In this document: in pieces, positions 9,893 through 19,732 of the stretch | Layout: each line of letters opens with the position of its first letter | Numbering within the stretch: position 1 is the first letter of the stretch | Notes under the pieces: generated by a model | Seen by the model: only the letters and a program-made list of their open reading frames with translations | Databases searched by the model: none | What the model was told of the DNA's origin: nothing | Made by a program: the position numbers and the translations under genes | NCBI GenBank assembly: GCA_903869825.1 | Contig: CAIQAL010000028.1 | Span: 1,315-65,314, forward strand | Origin: an uncultured bacterium | GTDB lineage: Bacteria > Patescibacteriota > Minisyncoccia > Phycocordibacterales > UBA9973 | Direction: 5' to 3' | DNA: 64,000 nucleotides

Positions 9893-10397
9893 ATCTAAAC
9901 GACTCAGTATTTTTTTCTATCTCGTCAGCTTTAAAGATGCCACCATTCATGCAAATATATACTCCTGGCAGGATGCCGCTAAATGAACCCAAACTAAACC
10001 CTAGATTAAAAGATGCATCCGAGATAGAGAAACCAACAATCGGAATCATCGATCCGGTCAAAATAATTTTCTTGTTTACCTTTTCTTTAGCCGCTAAGTC
10101 CTCCAGAAATTTAGCCGTGTTCTTCATCGTAAAAGTCCCGTGTGTTATCAAAATGTTTTCCTCTTTTGCAGCTTTCACCGCAAGCCATAATTTATTTAAA
10201 TCTTCTTCCGTAATCTCCCGACTATCCTTTTCACACACAATCTCAATATCATAAGTAAAGTGAGGCTTAACTAGATTTTTCAAATAATTATCAATCGAAA
10301 CATCCAGTTTCATTAGTTTATTTATCTTCTCATAAGCTGGGTCCCTAAACTCTATCGTCCCTCCCATTTTTATAATGTGTATATTGTTTTTTTGCAT
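9885..10397 (-). CDS. Asparaginase N-terminal domain protein
   Basis: MGGTIE, KDSREI, ITHGTFTM, LTGSMIP, SDASFNLG. Confidence 0.85.
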   Translation of the reverse strand: MQKNNIHIIKMGGTIEFRDPAYEKINKLMKLDVSIDNYLKNLVKPHFTYDIEIVCEKDSREITEEDLNKLWLAVKAAKEENILITHGTFTMKNTAKFLEDLAAKEKVNKKIILTGSMIPIVGFSISDASFNLGFSLGSFSGILPGVYICMNGGIFKADEIEKNTESFRFE

Positions 10398-10414
10398 TCA
10401 TTTATTATACCAGC

Positions 10415-10942
10415 TTAAAGCTTTATCCAATACCTTAATTTATATATCCCCTCATTCTTGGTTTTGTTTTCAAATATCCCGCCATTTTTCTCGATAATTT
10501 TTTTTGAGCCGATATTTTTCTCGTCACAGGTAACCAATGCCTTTTTTATGCACAATTTTTTGGCTTTTTTTAATCCAAGACGAAGCATTTCTGTGCCATA
10601 ACCCTTCTTTCTCTCGCTTGGAACTACGGCATAACCAATATGCCCGCCCATCAGTAGTAAATTTTTATTTAACCGATGCCTTAAGTCTAATCGTCCTACA
10701 AATTTTTCCCCCACTACAGCCCAGTATAAAGTCGAAGGAACCCAATCTTTCCCTAGATTTATCCCTTTTCTTCTTTCAATCATTCTATTTTTGTAAATGT
10801 AGAAATCTTCAGGTGAATGAAACAAATTAGTTCCACCGCCGGCGGCTATTATTCTTTTGTCTTTTTCGTATTCTTTTTCCCCTTTCAAATATGAAAGTGC
10901 GTATTTTCTGTTTGGTAAAATTAGTTTTAATTTCTGTTTCAT
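10415..10942 (-). CDS. GNAT N-acetyltransferase
   Basis: GHIGYAVVPSERKKGYG, NIGSKKIIEKNGG. Confidence 0.9.
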   Translation of the reverse strand: MKQKLKLILPNRKYALSYLKGEKEYEKDKRIIAAGGGTNLFHSPEDFYIYKNRMIERRKGINLGKDWVPSTLYWAVVGEKFVGRLDLRHRLNKNLLLMGGHIGYAVVPSERKKGYGTEMLRLGLKKAKKLCIKKALVTCDEKNIGSKKIIEKNGGIFENKTKNEGIYKLRYWIKL

Positions 10943-10949
10943 AATTAAA

Positions 10950-11543
10950 TTATCGGTCCAATTGTTCGTTTACTATTTTTTCTAATTCCTCTTCATTTGA
11001 AAATTTGAAAGACTTTATCCCGATGCTTTCTGCCGCTTTCAAATTCTTTTCTTGGTCATCAAAATAAATACATTCCTCCCCTTTAAGATTGTTCTCGGAC
11101 AAAATATGTTCCCAGGCCCGGACATCGGGCTTCAAAAAACCCGTCTGCCAAGAAAAGTAAACGCTGTCTACCGCTTCCCTCATCCAAGGATATTGATTAT
11201 AATAATCTGCTCGTTCTTTAAAATTATTTGAAAGAATAAAAACTTTAATTCCTCTTTCCCTCAAGTATTTGGCAAACACAATCATCTTATCGGACTTTAC
11301 TTCCGCTCCAAACCAATAACTCCAAAATTTGTTCTCAGTAATTTCTACTTTCCATTCCTTCAAAACTTCTTTCCAATAGAAAAAAGCGGGTTTTGCTCCT
11401 GGCTTCCTGACCTTCTCCATAATTTCTGAAAGCTTTGGTAAAAATGTCTCCTTCTCGACGCCAAAATCTTTGCTAAACCTATCGCTCAACCTTGGGCTTT
11501 GCAAAAATATTCCATTCAAATCAAAAATTACGGTTTTAATCAT
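10950..11543 (-). CDS. HAD-family hydrolase
   Basis: VIFDLNG, LSNN, KPD, YFDDQEKN; motif I is DxN rather than DxD. Confidence 0.85.
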   Translation of the reverse strand: MIKTVIFDLNGIFLQSPRLSDRFSKDFGVEKETFLPKLSEIMEKVRKPGAKPAFFYWKEVLKEWKVEITENKFWSYWFGAEVKSDKMIVFAKYLRERGIKVFILSNNFKERADYYNQYPWMREAVDSVYFSWQTGFLKPDVRAWEHILSENNLKGEECIYFDDQEKNLKAAESIGIKSFKFSNEEELEKIVNEQLDR

Positions 11544-11547
11544 AAAA

Positions 11548-12135
11548 TTATGCTAACGGTTTAAACAATTCTTCAAGTTCTTTTCTCTTTTCTGAGTTGT
11601 ACTTTACTTCAAGAAATTTTATCATCGGTTCGGGGGAATAAAAATTTTCGGCTGTCACAGTATCTAAAAGTTTATCAAAATTCACAGGATAAAGTTTTAT
11701 TTTTTCTCCGGCATCGGGATTTATTTCTCCAACTTTTCTCAAGCCTTTCGCGATAAAAGTATACACGGCCCAATCAACTTTATTTATTGGCTGCTGAGCA
11801 TCTAATAAAATAAATTTTTCGGCTTCATAACCCGTTTCTTCAAGCATTTCCCTCTTCGCAGCAGAAAGAACATCTTCTCCTTCTTCTATCCGACCTCCAG
11901 GCGTATCAAAAGAGGGTATTCTGCCAGGCTGTTCTTGTTCCAGTAAGAGAATCCGTCCATCTGGGAGAATCGGAAATATCACAACGGTATCTGGTCTTTT
12001 GGCTTTTTCAAAAATTGTTTTAGTCCCGTTGAAAAGATTTTGTTCCCATTGATATACGTCAAAAAGTACCCCCTTAAATACCTTTTTGGCATTTTCTGGT
12101 ATCGGTTGTTTTGATTTTGGCCGTTCTATTTTCAT
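11548..12135 (-). CDS. Nudix hydrolase (ADP-ribose pyrophosphatase-like)
   Basis: PGGRIEEGEDVLSAAKREMLEETGY Nudix box. Confidence 0.9.
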   Translation of the reverse strand: MKIERPKSKQPIPENAKKVFKGVLFDVYQWEQNLFNGTKTIFEKAKRPDTVVIFPILPDGRILLLEQEQPGRIPSFDTPGGRIEEGEDVLSAAKREMLEETGYEAEKFILLDAQQPINKVDWAVYTFIAKGLRKVGEINPDAGEKIKLYPVNFDKLLDTVTAENFYSPEPMIKFLEVKYNSEKRKELEELFKPLA

Positions 12136-12139
12136 AATT

Positions 12140-12886
12140 TTATTTTACTTGCGTTTTACTAATCTCAGCCACCACCGCCATATGATCACTAACCCCATCC
12201 GTTAATCTAACGCTTGAGGCTTCATACCCAGGAGTCGTAAAAAGACAATCTACCACAAACTGAATACCTTTTACTCTATGCAGATTCTGATCAATACTAG
12301 TTTTGTATTCTTCTGGAATGTTGTCTTTGTATTTTTCTGCCAAGAGTCTAAATGCCGCTCCCCCTCGAGGAGCATTTGTGTCACCACACAAAACAAATTC
12401 TCTGAAATCCTTTAGTTCTTTCAAAAGCGCTTCTATTGCTTCAAGCTGAAATGGAGTTACTTCTCCTTTATTAGTTACTGGCAATTGCGTCGTAACAAAT
12501 TTGAATACTTCTCCTTCACTATCTTTTACATTTGCCCACACAAAAGCCCTGTTTTTCTGAAATTCTTTCTCTTTCGAATATTCTTCAAATGACTTCGCCA
12601 TATTTTCTTTATTCCCAACGTAAAAAACCGATCCGGAATCAATAATATCTTTTGCAAAAATTCCTACTCCTTGCTTTTTGCCAGTCAATTGTGGATAGTT
12701 TTCCAAATTATTCCAGTAGCTCCATAATATATACACCCCGTCCATTTCCAATTCATTTTCAAAACGATGAAAATCTTCCTCCAAAAGCTCCTGCAAACAA
12801 ACAATATCTGGTCTTTCAATTTTAAGAAATTCTAAAACGGTATCTAAGTGCAAATTGTTTTCAATATTTAATGATATTAATTTCAT
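12140..12886 (-). CDS. Endonuclease/exonuclease/phosphatase (EEP) family protein
   Basis: ISLNI, DIVCLQE, CGDTN, VSDHMAV. Confidence 0.88.
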   Translation of the reverse strand: MKLISLNIENNLHLDTVLEFLKIERPDIVCLQELLEEDFHRFENELEMDGVYILWSYWNNLENYPQLTGKKQGVGIFAKDIIDSGSVFYVGNKENMAKSFEEYSKEKEFQKNRAFVWANVKDSEGEVFKFVTTQLPVTNKGEVTPFQLEAIEALLKELKDFREFVLCGDTNAPRGGAAFRLLAEKYKDNIPEEYKTSIDQNLHRVKGIQFVVDCLFTTPGYEASSVRLTDGVSDHMAVVAEISKTQVK

Positions 12887-12904
12887 AGTTCTATTATACT
12901 AAAT

Positions 12905-13414
12905 TTATTTTCCTAAAACCTCCGTTATTGTTTTAGTTGTCAAAAATGACAACACATCAAAATCCGAGCTTGAAAGTCCGCACATGCCAAGGTCTGGCCT
13001 ATTAAAAATAGAAATATCATTCACTGCCTCCGAATTCCTAATCTTTTCAAACTCATTCTCAGAAATAATAAAATCGACATCCCCTACCTCAGGCCTTAAT
13101 TCGTCTGGCTTTCTGATATATAAATATTCATACTTCGTTTCCGGAATGTCATCATTCGCCGGAATAACAATTGGCTTATACAAGCGAAAGTATTTTCCGT
13201 AAAGACTATCGCGAAAATCCGTCAAGTCTTCCCCGAGTTCTGTCAGAAATTCATACTCCTTTTCATCATGACAAAATATTCCTAGGTTCCCAGCCACTGG
13301 AAGATACTTCCCTAGAGCAACGTGACATAATTTGAAACATTCTAAATGCACATACTTTATCGCGGCCATTAATATCTCTTTGTTTTCTATTGGATAAAAT
13401 CTTTTTGGTTTCAT
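12905..13414 (-). CDS. Hypothetical protein
   Basis: 169-aa ORF in a tight minus-strand operon; no motif recognised. Confidence 0.7.
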   Translation of the reverse strand: MKPKRFYPIENKEILMAAIKYVHLECFKLCHVALGKYLPVAGNLGIFCHDEKEYEFLTELGEDLTDFRDSLYGKYFRLYKPIVIPANDDIPETKYEYLYIRKPDELRPEVGDVDFIISENEFEKIRNSEAVNDISIFNRPDLGMCGLSSSDFDVLSFLTTKTITEVLGK

Positions 13415-13419
13415 AAAAT

Positions 13420-14034
13420 TTATTTCCTTTTCTTATATTCTACAATTTTGCCGGCTTCGATTTCAATTTTGTCCGCCTTGCGGAGTTTTTTTAAAGCTTT
13501 TTTCGGAGCGATATTGTAATGTTTTATTTTATCCAGCTCTTGGTCTACCCCCCACAAATCACCTTCTACGGTCTCCCATCCTTTTTCAAAAACACTTAAG
13601 TCAAGCGGTACAGAATATTGTCGCAATGTTTTTACGCCGTTGTCCAAAAAATATTCGTGAAAATAGGACATCACGAGTTCCCGAATATTTTTATAAATCG
13701 GCTCACGATATCGGAGTACTGCGTGATTGGTTTTCGATAACGCTCCCCAGAGTCCTTCTTCTTTGAATAAAGCCACCACGTGATCAAAATCACCTTTGAT
13801 TGTCTTTAAATGAAGAATGAGGGGCTTGTGACCATGGCAAGATAAAATATATGCTCCAAGAATCGCCGCCTCCGTACAATGAGCCTTTTTTGTCCTCATA
13901 GTCAAAATCGGAGATTTCAGCATATCTCCTTTTTCCTCAAAATTGAACTCGAGTGTATTCAAATAATCTTGCACCTTAGCTGGAGTGGTTATTTTCATAA
14001 TCTGCTCAAGTTCTTTTTTAGTAAAGGTTAGCAC
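13420..14034 (-). CDS. Conserved hypothetical protein (transglutaminase-like Cys/His motifs)
   Basis: AHCTEAA, DFDHVVALF, WGALSKTNHAVLRYREPIY. Confidence 0.7.
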   Translation of the reverse strand: MLTFTKKELEQIMKITTPAKVQDYLNTLEFNFEEKGDMLKSPILTMRTKKAHCTEAAILGAYILSCHGHKPLILHLKTIKGDFDHVVALFKEEGLWGALSKTNHAVLRYREPIYKNIRELVMSYFHEYFLDNGVKTLRQYSVPLDLSVFEKGWETVEGDLWGVDQELDKIKHYNIAPKKALKKLRKADKIEIEAGKIVEYKKRK

Positions 14035-14052
14035 GTTATAATTTTACCATTT

Positions 14053-14085
14053 AAAAAGCCCCGACCAAAGAGGTCGGGGCTTTTT
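14053..14085. terminator. Intrinsic terminator after SWIB gene (A/T tails on both sides)
   Basis: AAAAAGCCCCGACC-aaaga-GGTCGGGGCTTTTT. Confidence 0.85.
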
Positions 14086-14099
14086 CTACAACTTCTTTC

Positions 14100-14348
14100 T
14101 TAGGAAAGATGCTTTGAGACCAATTTGGTCATTTCAAACATATCCACTAAAGCTTTTCCGCCAAATACCTTTTTCAAACTTTCGTCCGCAACAATATTCC
14201 TCTTTGCTTTTGGATCCTGCAGATTATTTTTCTTAATGTAAACCCAAAGTTTTTTTACTACTTCAGATCTTGGCATTGGGCCTTTCCCGACTACTACTGC
14301 GAGGTCTGCGCTGATATTAAGAGGCTTCATAAATGCTGATGTTGCCAT
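14100..14348 (-). CDS. Stand-alone SWIB/MDM2 domain protein
   Basis: PRSEVVKKLWVYIKKNNLQDP..RNIVADESLKKVFG..MFEMTKLVSKHL. Confidence 0.92.
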   Translation of the reverse strand: MATSAFMKPLNISADLAVVVGKGPMPRSEVVKKLWVYIKKNNLQDPKAKRNIVADESLKKVFGGKALVDMFEMTKLVSKHLS

Positions 14349-14422
14349 ATATTTTTTGTTTTACCCTTCGACAAAACCAAAGGGAAGTTAATTATAATAC
14401 TACTTAGAGATTATAACATTTT

Positions 14423-15967
14423 TTATTCAAATTCGGTAGTAGCTGGTGGTTTCGTGGTCCAATCGAACATTACCCTTACAATTTTGGGATGTTTAGAAAG
14501 AGCCCCCACGATTTCTTCGCAAATGTCTTTATTCAAATAAAAACCCTTCACTGTCATAAAGTCCGTCGTTTCAACTGTTCGAACCACCAAGGAATATCCG
14601 TAAACCCGACCGTCTCCTTTTACCCCGACTGTCTTTACTCCTAGAAGGGCGACAATTGTTTGAGAAATCGCATCATATAAATTATGTTTTTTTAAAATCT
14701 GAGCCACTTGGTAGTCAGCTTCTCTCACAATTTCCAACAATTCTTCTGTGACCGGCACTCCTATAATTCTCAAATAAAGACCGGGGCCAGGGAAAGGTTG
14801 TCGGCCAGAAATTAATTCTTCCAAGCCAAACTCCTTCGCAATCTCTCGAACTTCAAATTTAAAAAAGTCCGCGATCGGCATTATCTCCTTCAAGCCGAGA
14901 TCCAGGTAAACATTGTGATGAGTTTTTATCAAAGCAGATTCTCCCAGTCTTCCTGATTCAATTAAGTCCGTAGCCAAAGTCCCTTGGATCATATGAGTTG
15001 CTCCAAAAAATTGCGCAACTTCTTTGAATGTTTCTCCGTAAACTTCCCTAAATTTTTCTCTTTTTTCTTCTGCATCAATTGTCGAACCCACTTTCTCGAC
15101 AAATTTACTTTTATACTTATCAATCACTTCCAAATTAATTCCTGCCCGTTTGGCAATTTTTTTTACTTTTTCAACTTCTCCTTTTCGCATTCCTCCCGTA
15201 TCAATAAAGAAAGCCTTCAACTGGCTGCCTAGGGCCGGACCCAAAATAGAAGCAAGAGTGGTAGAATCCACTCCACCTGACACTCCGATGATTGCTTTAC
15301 CATTCCCTAAAATCTTTTTGGTATTTTCCGCAATTTCTTTAATAGTGTCTTTCCGCGAATAATTTTCCGTGCAACCACAAATATCTTTTACAAAATTACT
15401 TAAAATAATATTTTCATCATCGGTCTCTATCACTTCTGGATGGAATTGCACACCCCAGAGTCTTTCGTTCTCGCTTTCCATCGCTTCAATGACTTTCCCG
15501 TCTTTGGAAGTAGCTGTCACAACAAAGCCTTTTGGAACAATCCCCACAGAATCTCCGTGGCTAGACCAAGCATTTATCTTTTCCTTCAATCCTTGAAACA
15601 GAAAACTTTTTCTTTCGGTTAAAAAATTAATTTCAACCGGTCCGTAAGATTTCCCTTCCGTCACGTGATGAACGGAGTCTTTGTCGTGTGTATATGCAAG
15701 CCATTGCATTCCGAAGCAAATTCCCAAAATTGGTGTCTTGAAATTAAGCAACTCTTTTGGAATTTGTGGTGCCTTGGGGTCGTAAACACTCGCGCTTCCG
15801 CCGGAAAGGATAATCCCTTTCGGGAAATTTTCTTCAATCCAAGCTAAAGAATCTTCCGGTTTTAAAACTATCGACTTAAAACCCAGATACCGTAAACTAC
15901 GTCTGATTACTTCCGTATATTGAGAACCCAAGTCGACAATTAATATTTGAACCTTGGCATCTTTCAT
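14423..15967 (-). CDS. guaA: GMP synthase (glutamine-hydrolysing)
   Basis: DLGSQY, GICFGMQ, QFHPE, SGGVDS, IKTHHNV, PFPGPGL, KPPAT. Confidence 0.95.
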   Translation of the reverse strand: MKDAKVQILIVDLGSQYTEVIRRSLRYLGFKSIVLKPEDSLAWIEENFPKGIILSGGSASVYDPKAPQIPKELLNFKTPILGICFGMQWLAYTHDKDSVHHVTEGKSYGPVEINFLTERKSFLFQGLKEKINAWSSHGDSVGIVPKGFVVTATSKDGKVIEAMESENERLWGVQFHPEVIETDDENIILSNFVKDICGCTENYSRKDTIKEIAENTKKILGNGKAIIGVSGGVDSTTLASILGPALGSQLKAFFIDTGGMRKGEVEKVKKIAKRAGINLEVIDKYKSKFVEKVGSTIDAEEKREKFREVYGETFKEVAQFFGATHMIQGTLATDLIESGRLGESALIKTHHNVYLDLGLKEIMPIADFFKFEVREIAKEFGLEELISGRQPFPGPGLYLRIIGVPVTEELLEIVREADYQVAQILKKHNLYDAISQTIVALLGVKTVGVKGDGRVYGYSLVVRTVETTDFMTVKGFYLNKDICEEIVGALSKHPKIVRVMFDWTTKPPATTEFE

Positions 15968-15968
15968 A

Positions 15969-16232
15969 TTACAATCCGAGATCTTTTATAGAATTAAGGA
16001 TGCTTGTTGAAGAAGGACTATTAATCGAATCTCCTCCTCCTAAAGAGTTAACATAATTATTCATAAACGAAGGAATCGCAAAAAATAAGCCTATAATCGG
16101 AAGAACCACTGCAATAATCGATACCCAAACAATCATTAAAAAGTACTTTCTGGTCTTTTCAACTGATGTAAAAATCGCGTCAATTTTCAAGCCCTGTTCT
16201 TCTATTTTCTTCTTTAATTCATCGTTTTCCAT
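15969..16232 (-). CDS. Hypothetical membrane protein
   Basis: Start at MENDELKK (TATAAT-N6-ATG); one TM segment; stop abuts the guaA start. Confidence 0.7.
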   Translation of the reverse strand: MENDELKKKIEEQGLKIDAIFTSVEKTRKYFLMIVWVSIIAVVLPIIGLFFAIPSFMNNYVNSLGGGDSINSPSSTSILNSIKDLGL

Positions 16233-16286
16233 TTTTCTATTATATACTCCTTGATTAATTCCCACAAATTATATTATACTAGGCCC

Positions 16287-16469
16287 ATGTACGATGAAAA
16301 TGAAAAAAATGAAGAAGAAAAAGACGAAAGAAATGTCTGTCCCCAGTGCGGGATTAGACAGTATGGTAAGTTTTGCCCCAATTGCAATATAGAAATAGAG
16401 CTAGAAGAAGATCCAGACAAAAAGAAAGAAGATGACTACGACGAATATGACCGACGAGAACGCAGATAA
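16287..16469 (+). CDS. Small acidic zinc-ribbon protein
   Basis: CPQC..CPNC; TATACT-N6-ATG at 16287. Confidence 0.65.
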   Translation: MYDENEKNEEEKDERNVCPQCGIRQYGKFCPNCNIEIELEEDPDKKKEDDYDEYDRRERR

Positions 16470-16471
16470 AA

Positions 16472-17005
16472 CTATTGAGCTAACCTCAAAATTTCTATCC
16501 AAGGGAAACTCCAAAAGAAAATAAGAAGATATAGAATCATAAAAATAATTGGGATATTCATTTCAGTCATTGAAAAAGGTCTATATAATTTTCTATTCCT
16601 GCCTTTTCCAAGTAATTCCCATTCTGTTTCAAATAATGCCAAAGGGAGATTTCTTTCTGTGGAGTGGATCACTTTAAATTTTACCCTATCGAGTTGTCGA
16701 TAAGAATCTATTATTTTATACCAGGAGTAACAAATCGCCATCCCGACAAACGGAACCATCATAAAAATCATTGATTGCTCCACTGCCAAACCTTTTGTTT
16801 CCAGATATCCCAAAATTCCTATAATCGCAGTGTTGATTCCCAAGAAGAATTCATTTTATTTGAGCCTCCGTTCCGAGGTAGAATTAAAAATGTGAAGATA
16901 GATACGATATTGTTCTAGGTAATGATCAATATACCGATCAGCATGATTTTCTTTATGTGTCGTGTTTCGAGCATATAACAAATTATCTATCTCTTGTGGT
17001 TCCAT
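16472..17005 (-). pseudogene. RipA-like (octameric membrane protein family) gene with an internal TAA
   Basis: ATG 17005 reads MEPQEID...LEQYRIY...SERRLK*NEFFLGINT in frame with the 123-aa ORF; TAA at 16856-16858. Confidence 0.7.
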
Positions 17006-17053
17006 ATTCAAATATTAATGAAATTAATAAAATAAAGCAACTTCATTGTTCTT

Positions 17054-17182
17054 CTATTTTTCGTAATTATTAAATGCTGTTTGGTAAACCAATTTTCTTA
17101 GCGCCATATATTGCCTAATGGAAATAAAAACTCCAAAGAAAGCAATGATAAACAGTAGCACTATTATCGATTTTTTGTTCAT
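17054..17182 (-). CDS. Possible 42-aa single-TM microprotein
   Basis: MNKKSIIVLLFIIAFFGVFISIRQYMALRKLVYQTAFNNYEK; below the ORF-track cutoff. Confidence 0.4.
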   Translation of the reverse strand: MNKKSIIVLLFIIAFFGVFISIRQYMALRKLVYQTAFNNYEK

Positions 17183-17231
17183 ACTTTGATGTTTTTAAAA
17201 AATATAAAAATAATGTTTTTTCCCATAAAAA

Positions 17232-17471
17232 CTACTCTACGATTTTACTTTCCACGTTTATCGTCTCATCTTTTTTTACTTCAGGTTTTGAAATTTTTTG
17301 TGCCAGTTTTGAAATTTTCCAGAAAAAAATCAACCCGATAAAAACCCCTATCAAAGTAATGATAAATAGAAACTTTCCCAAACCAAAAGGACCGCCCAGA
17401 ATATTGGTGTAGCCTAATAAATAGAACAAAATCAAAAAGAAAAAGAAAATTGTATTTCCAATTTTTTTCAT
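17232..17471 (-). CDS. Hypothetical two-TM protein
   Basis: 79 aa, two hydrophobic segments. Confidence 0.6.
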   Translation of the reverse strand: MKKIGNTIFFFFLILFYLLGYTNILGGPFGLGKFLFIITLIGVFIGLIFFWKISKLAQKISKPEVKKDETINVESKIVE

Positions 17472-17494
17472 CGTCGTTTTTAATTATATCACCT

Positions 17495-17926
17495 TTATCC
17501 GGTTACGTCTCTTAAGACCTCTTGGGCGTGTTCCTCAGGGCTAACTTTCGGATAAACTTTTTTAATTAAGCCGTCTTCGATAAAGTACGACACTCGTTTC
17601 GTTTCTCCCAGTAAACCAAGCGCACCATACATTTTAATTGCTTCCTTTTCTGGATCCGATAAAAGAGTAAAGGCCAGATTGTATTTCTTTCGAAACTTTC
17701 TGTGACTTTCCGGCGAATCCGAAGATACCCCTAAGACAGTTATTTTTTGCTTAGCAAAATCATTATATAGAGCCATAATTCCACAAGCTTCTTTGGTACA
17801 CCCCGGAGTATCATCTTTTGGATAAAAATACAAAAAAACTTTCCCTGAATAGTCAGAAAGTTTCCGAATATTGTCATCTTGATCAATGAGGATAAAGTCT
17901 AAAATTTTAGTATTTTCTTTCAGCAT
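17495..17926 (-). CDS. bcp: Peroxiredoxin Bcp/PrxQ
   Basis: YFYPKDDTPGCTKEAC. Confidence 0.92.
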   Translation of the reverse strand: MLKENTKILDFILIDQDDNIRKLSDYSGKVFLYFYPKDDTPGCTKEACGIMALYNDFAKQKITVLGVSSDSPESHRKFRKKYNLAFTLLSDPEKEAIKMYGALGLLGETKRVSYFIEDGLIKKVYPKVSPEEHAQEVLRDVTG

Positions 17927-17981
17927 CTTATAGAGTAGTACAAAAAACTTGTCTTATTTATTTCAATTCGAGTAGATTTAT

Positions 17982-19412
17982 TTACCTTCTAATTTTTATT
18001 TTCCTTTTTCTACTATTTTCAAACTTTTTTAAACTTGCCATCCGAAGAACAAAATCAGTTTGTAATTTTTCCTGTTCTTTTTTTGAAAGTTTCCCAAAAA
18101 GTTTTTGATTATCTTCACTTTCGTTTTGAAAACTTTCATCCAATTCCAAAACTTTTGGATTCGGTAAAAGTGCATCTCGGTGGAAACCCATCAACCGCAC
18201 CCCAGCCAAGGTCCGAACCCGGGAAAGAGCAACGTAACCCATCCCATAGGCAAAAGTCTTTGATAAGTCCATTTCAGCACAATCTAGGCTCATTCCTTGG
18301 CTTTTGTGAATAGTTATCGCCCATGCAAGTCGAAGCGGAAGCTGTGAAATTATTGCTTTCCTTTTACCATTTTCTTCAATTACCCACTCTTCCGGAATGA
18401 CCGAAATTTCATTTCCATTATAAAGTTTTATTACCGGGCTCCTATCGGATAAAAAAGTATAGACTTTTCCTCTTGTTCCATTAACATATCCCTTTTCAAA
18501 ATTATTTTTTAAAAACATTACCTCTGCCCCAATCTTCAGTCGAAGTTTCTCTGGAGCCAAGCAACTTTTTTTAAGAGCTTCAACAAGTCCGACGGAACCA
18601 GAACCTTCCATTTCAAAAATTCTTTCGTTTCCTCCGATTTTGTCTAAATGTCTCTGATTAATTATATCCACGTCAATGTTGTGAGTATAGAGCCTAGTTG
18701 GTTCAACTCCGAGCGGAAATTTCACATCAAGCCTGCTTTCAATAGTTTCAAATTGTTTTTTTGTTATACTTCCGGCCCGAATAGCATTTAGGATTTCTAA
18801 AAATCTCGCATCCTCTTGCCGGAATTGTTCAGTTAAATAACAAATCGCTGGCCGCATAGTTCGCCAAGCACGAGAATGAACCAACATTTCTTTTCCTTTT
18901 TCGTTCAACTCATCTTCTTTGTAAAATCCCAACTGAATTTCTTTTTCTTTGTATTCTTCTTTAGGATAATTTTTAACAACCGGAGGCAACTGAAAAAAAT
19001 CACCGGCTAAAATGACTTGGATCCCGCCAAATGGTTTTTCATTTCTTTTAAAATGTCGACAAATCCATTCCACCATATCGAGCCGTTTTGCATCAAGCAT
19101 TGAAACTTCATCTATAATTAGAACATTCGTATGCTGAATCCGTTTCAACAGGTATTCTTTCCCTTCCATCATTTCCAAATCATATTCCGTCATTCGATCT
19201 TTTATCCCAATCCCCGCCCAGGCGTGAATCGTCATTCCCCCCATATGAGTCGCCGCAATTCCAGTTGAAGCGGTCACTGCCACCGGAATATTTTCATCAT
19301 GCAAGTAGCTAATATATTGGTTCAAGAGATGCGTCTTTCCGGACCCAGCCGAACCCGTCAAAAAAACGTTCATTCCGGACTTTAAAATTTCGAGAGCTTC
19401 CTTTTGAGTCAT
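17982..19412 (-). CDS. Pif1/RecD-like superfamily 1B DNA helicase
   Basis: TGSAGSGKT, IIDEVSM, FGGIQVILAGDFFQLPPV, AWAITIHKSQGMSL, YVALSR. Confidence 0.92.
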   Translation of the reverse strand: MTQKEALEILKSGMNVFLTGSAGSGKTHLLNQYISYLHDENIPVAVTASTGIAATHMGGMTIHAWAGIGIKDRMTEYDLEMMEGKEYLLKRIQHTNVLIIDEVSMLDAKRLDMVEWICRHFKRNEKPFGGIQVILAGDFFQLPPVVKNYPKEEYKEKEIQLGFYKEDELNEKGKEMLVHSRAWRTMRPAICYLTEQFRQEDARFLEILNAIRAGSITKKQFETIESRLDVKFPLGVEPTRLYTHNIDVDIINQRHLDKIGGNERIFEMEGSGSVGLVEALKKSCLAPEKLRLKIGAEVMFLKNNFEKGYVNGTRGKVYTFLSDRSPVIKLYNGNEISVIPEEWVIEENGKRKAIISQLPLRLAWAITIHKSQGMSLDCAEMDLSKTFAYGMGYVALSRVRTLAGVRLMGFHRDALLPNPKVLELDESFQNESEDNQKLFGKLSKKEQEKLQTDFVLRMASLKKFENSRKRKIKIRR

Positions 19413-19438
19413 TTTTCTATTATATCGTATAACATTCT

Positions 19439-19681
19439 TTAAAGTTTTTCACGTTGACTTTCTTTTTTTTCTGAAACTATTTCTATCTCTTTTGGAATAA
19501 CCAAGACCATAAAAACATACGAGATAATCCCTGGGAGTAACCCGGTAAAAACAGTGATAATAATATAGGCTACCCGGATCATAACCGGGTCAATGTCAAA
19601 ATATACCCCGATTCCACCCATTACCCCAGCGATTACCTTATTATCTTGGCTTCTATGTAATCTTTTTTTGTATGTTTTCAT
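19439..19681 (-). CDS. PspC domain protein
   Basis: LHRSQDNKVIAGVMGGIGVYFDIDPVMIR. Confidence 0.9.
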   Translation of the reverse strand: MKTYKKRLHRSQDNKVIAGVMGGIGVYFDIDPVMIRVAYIIITVFTGLLPGIISYVFMVLVIPKEIEIVSEKKESQREKL

Positions 19682-19732
19682 ATTTATGATTTACTACAAC
19701 TTTAAATACTTTTCTAGTTCGTTTCTTTATTC

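Noticed and set aside
16856-16858. Alternative genetic code or stop-codon reassignment
   Set aside because: The internal stop is TAA, the commonest stop here; TGA ends normal genes (e.g. 60140) and other genes are uninterrupted.
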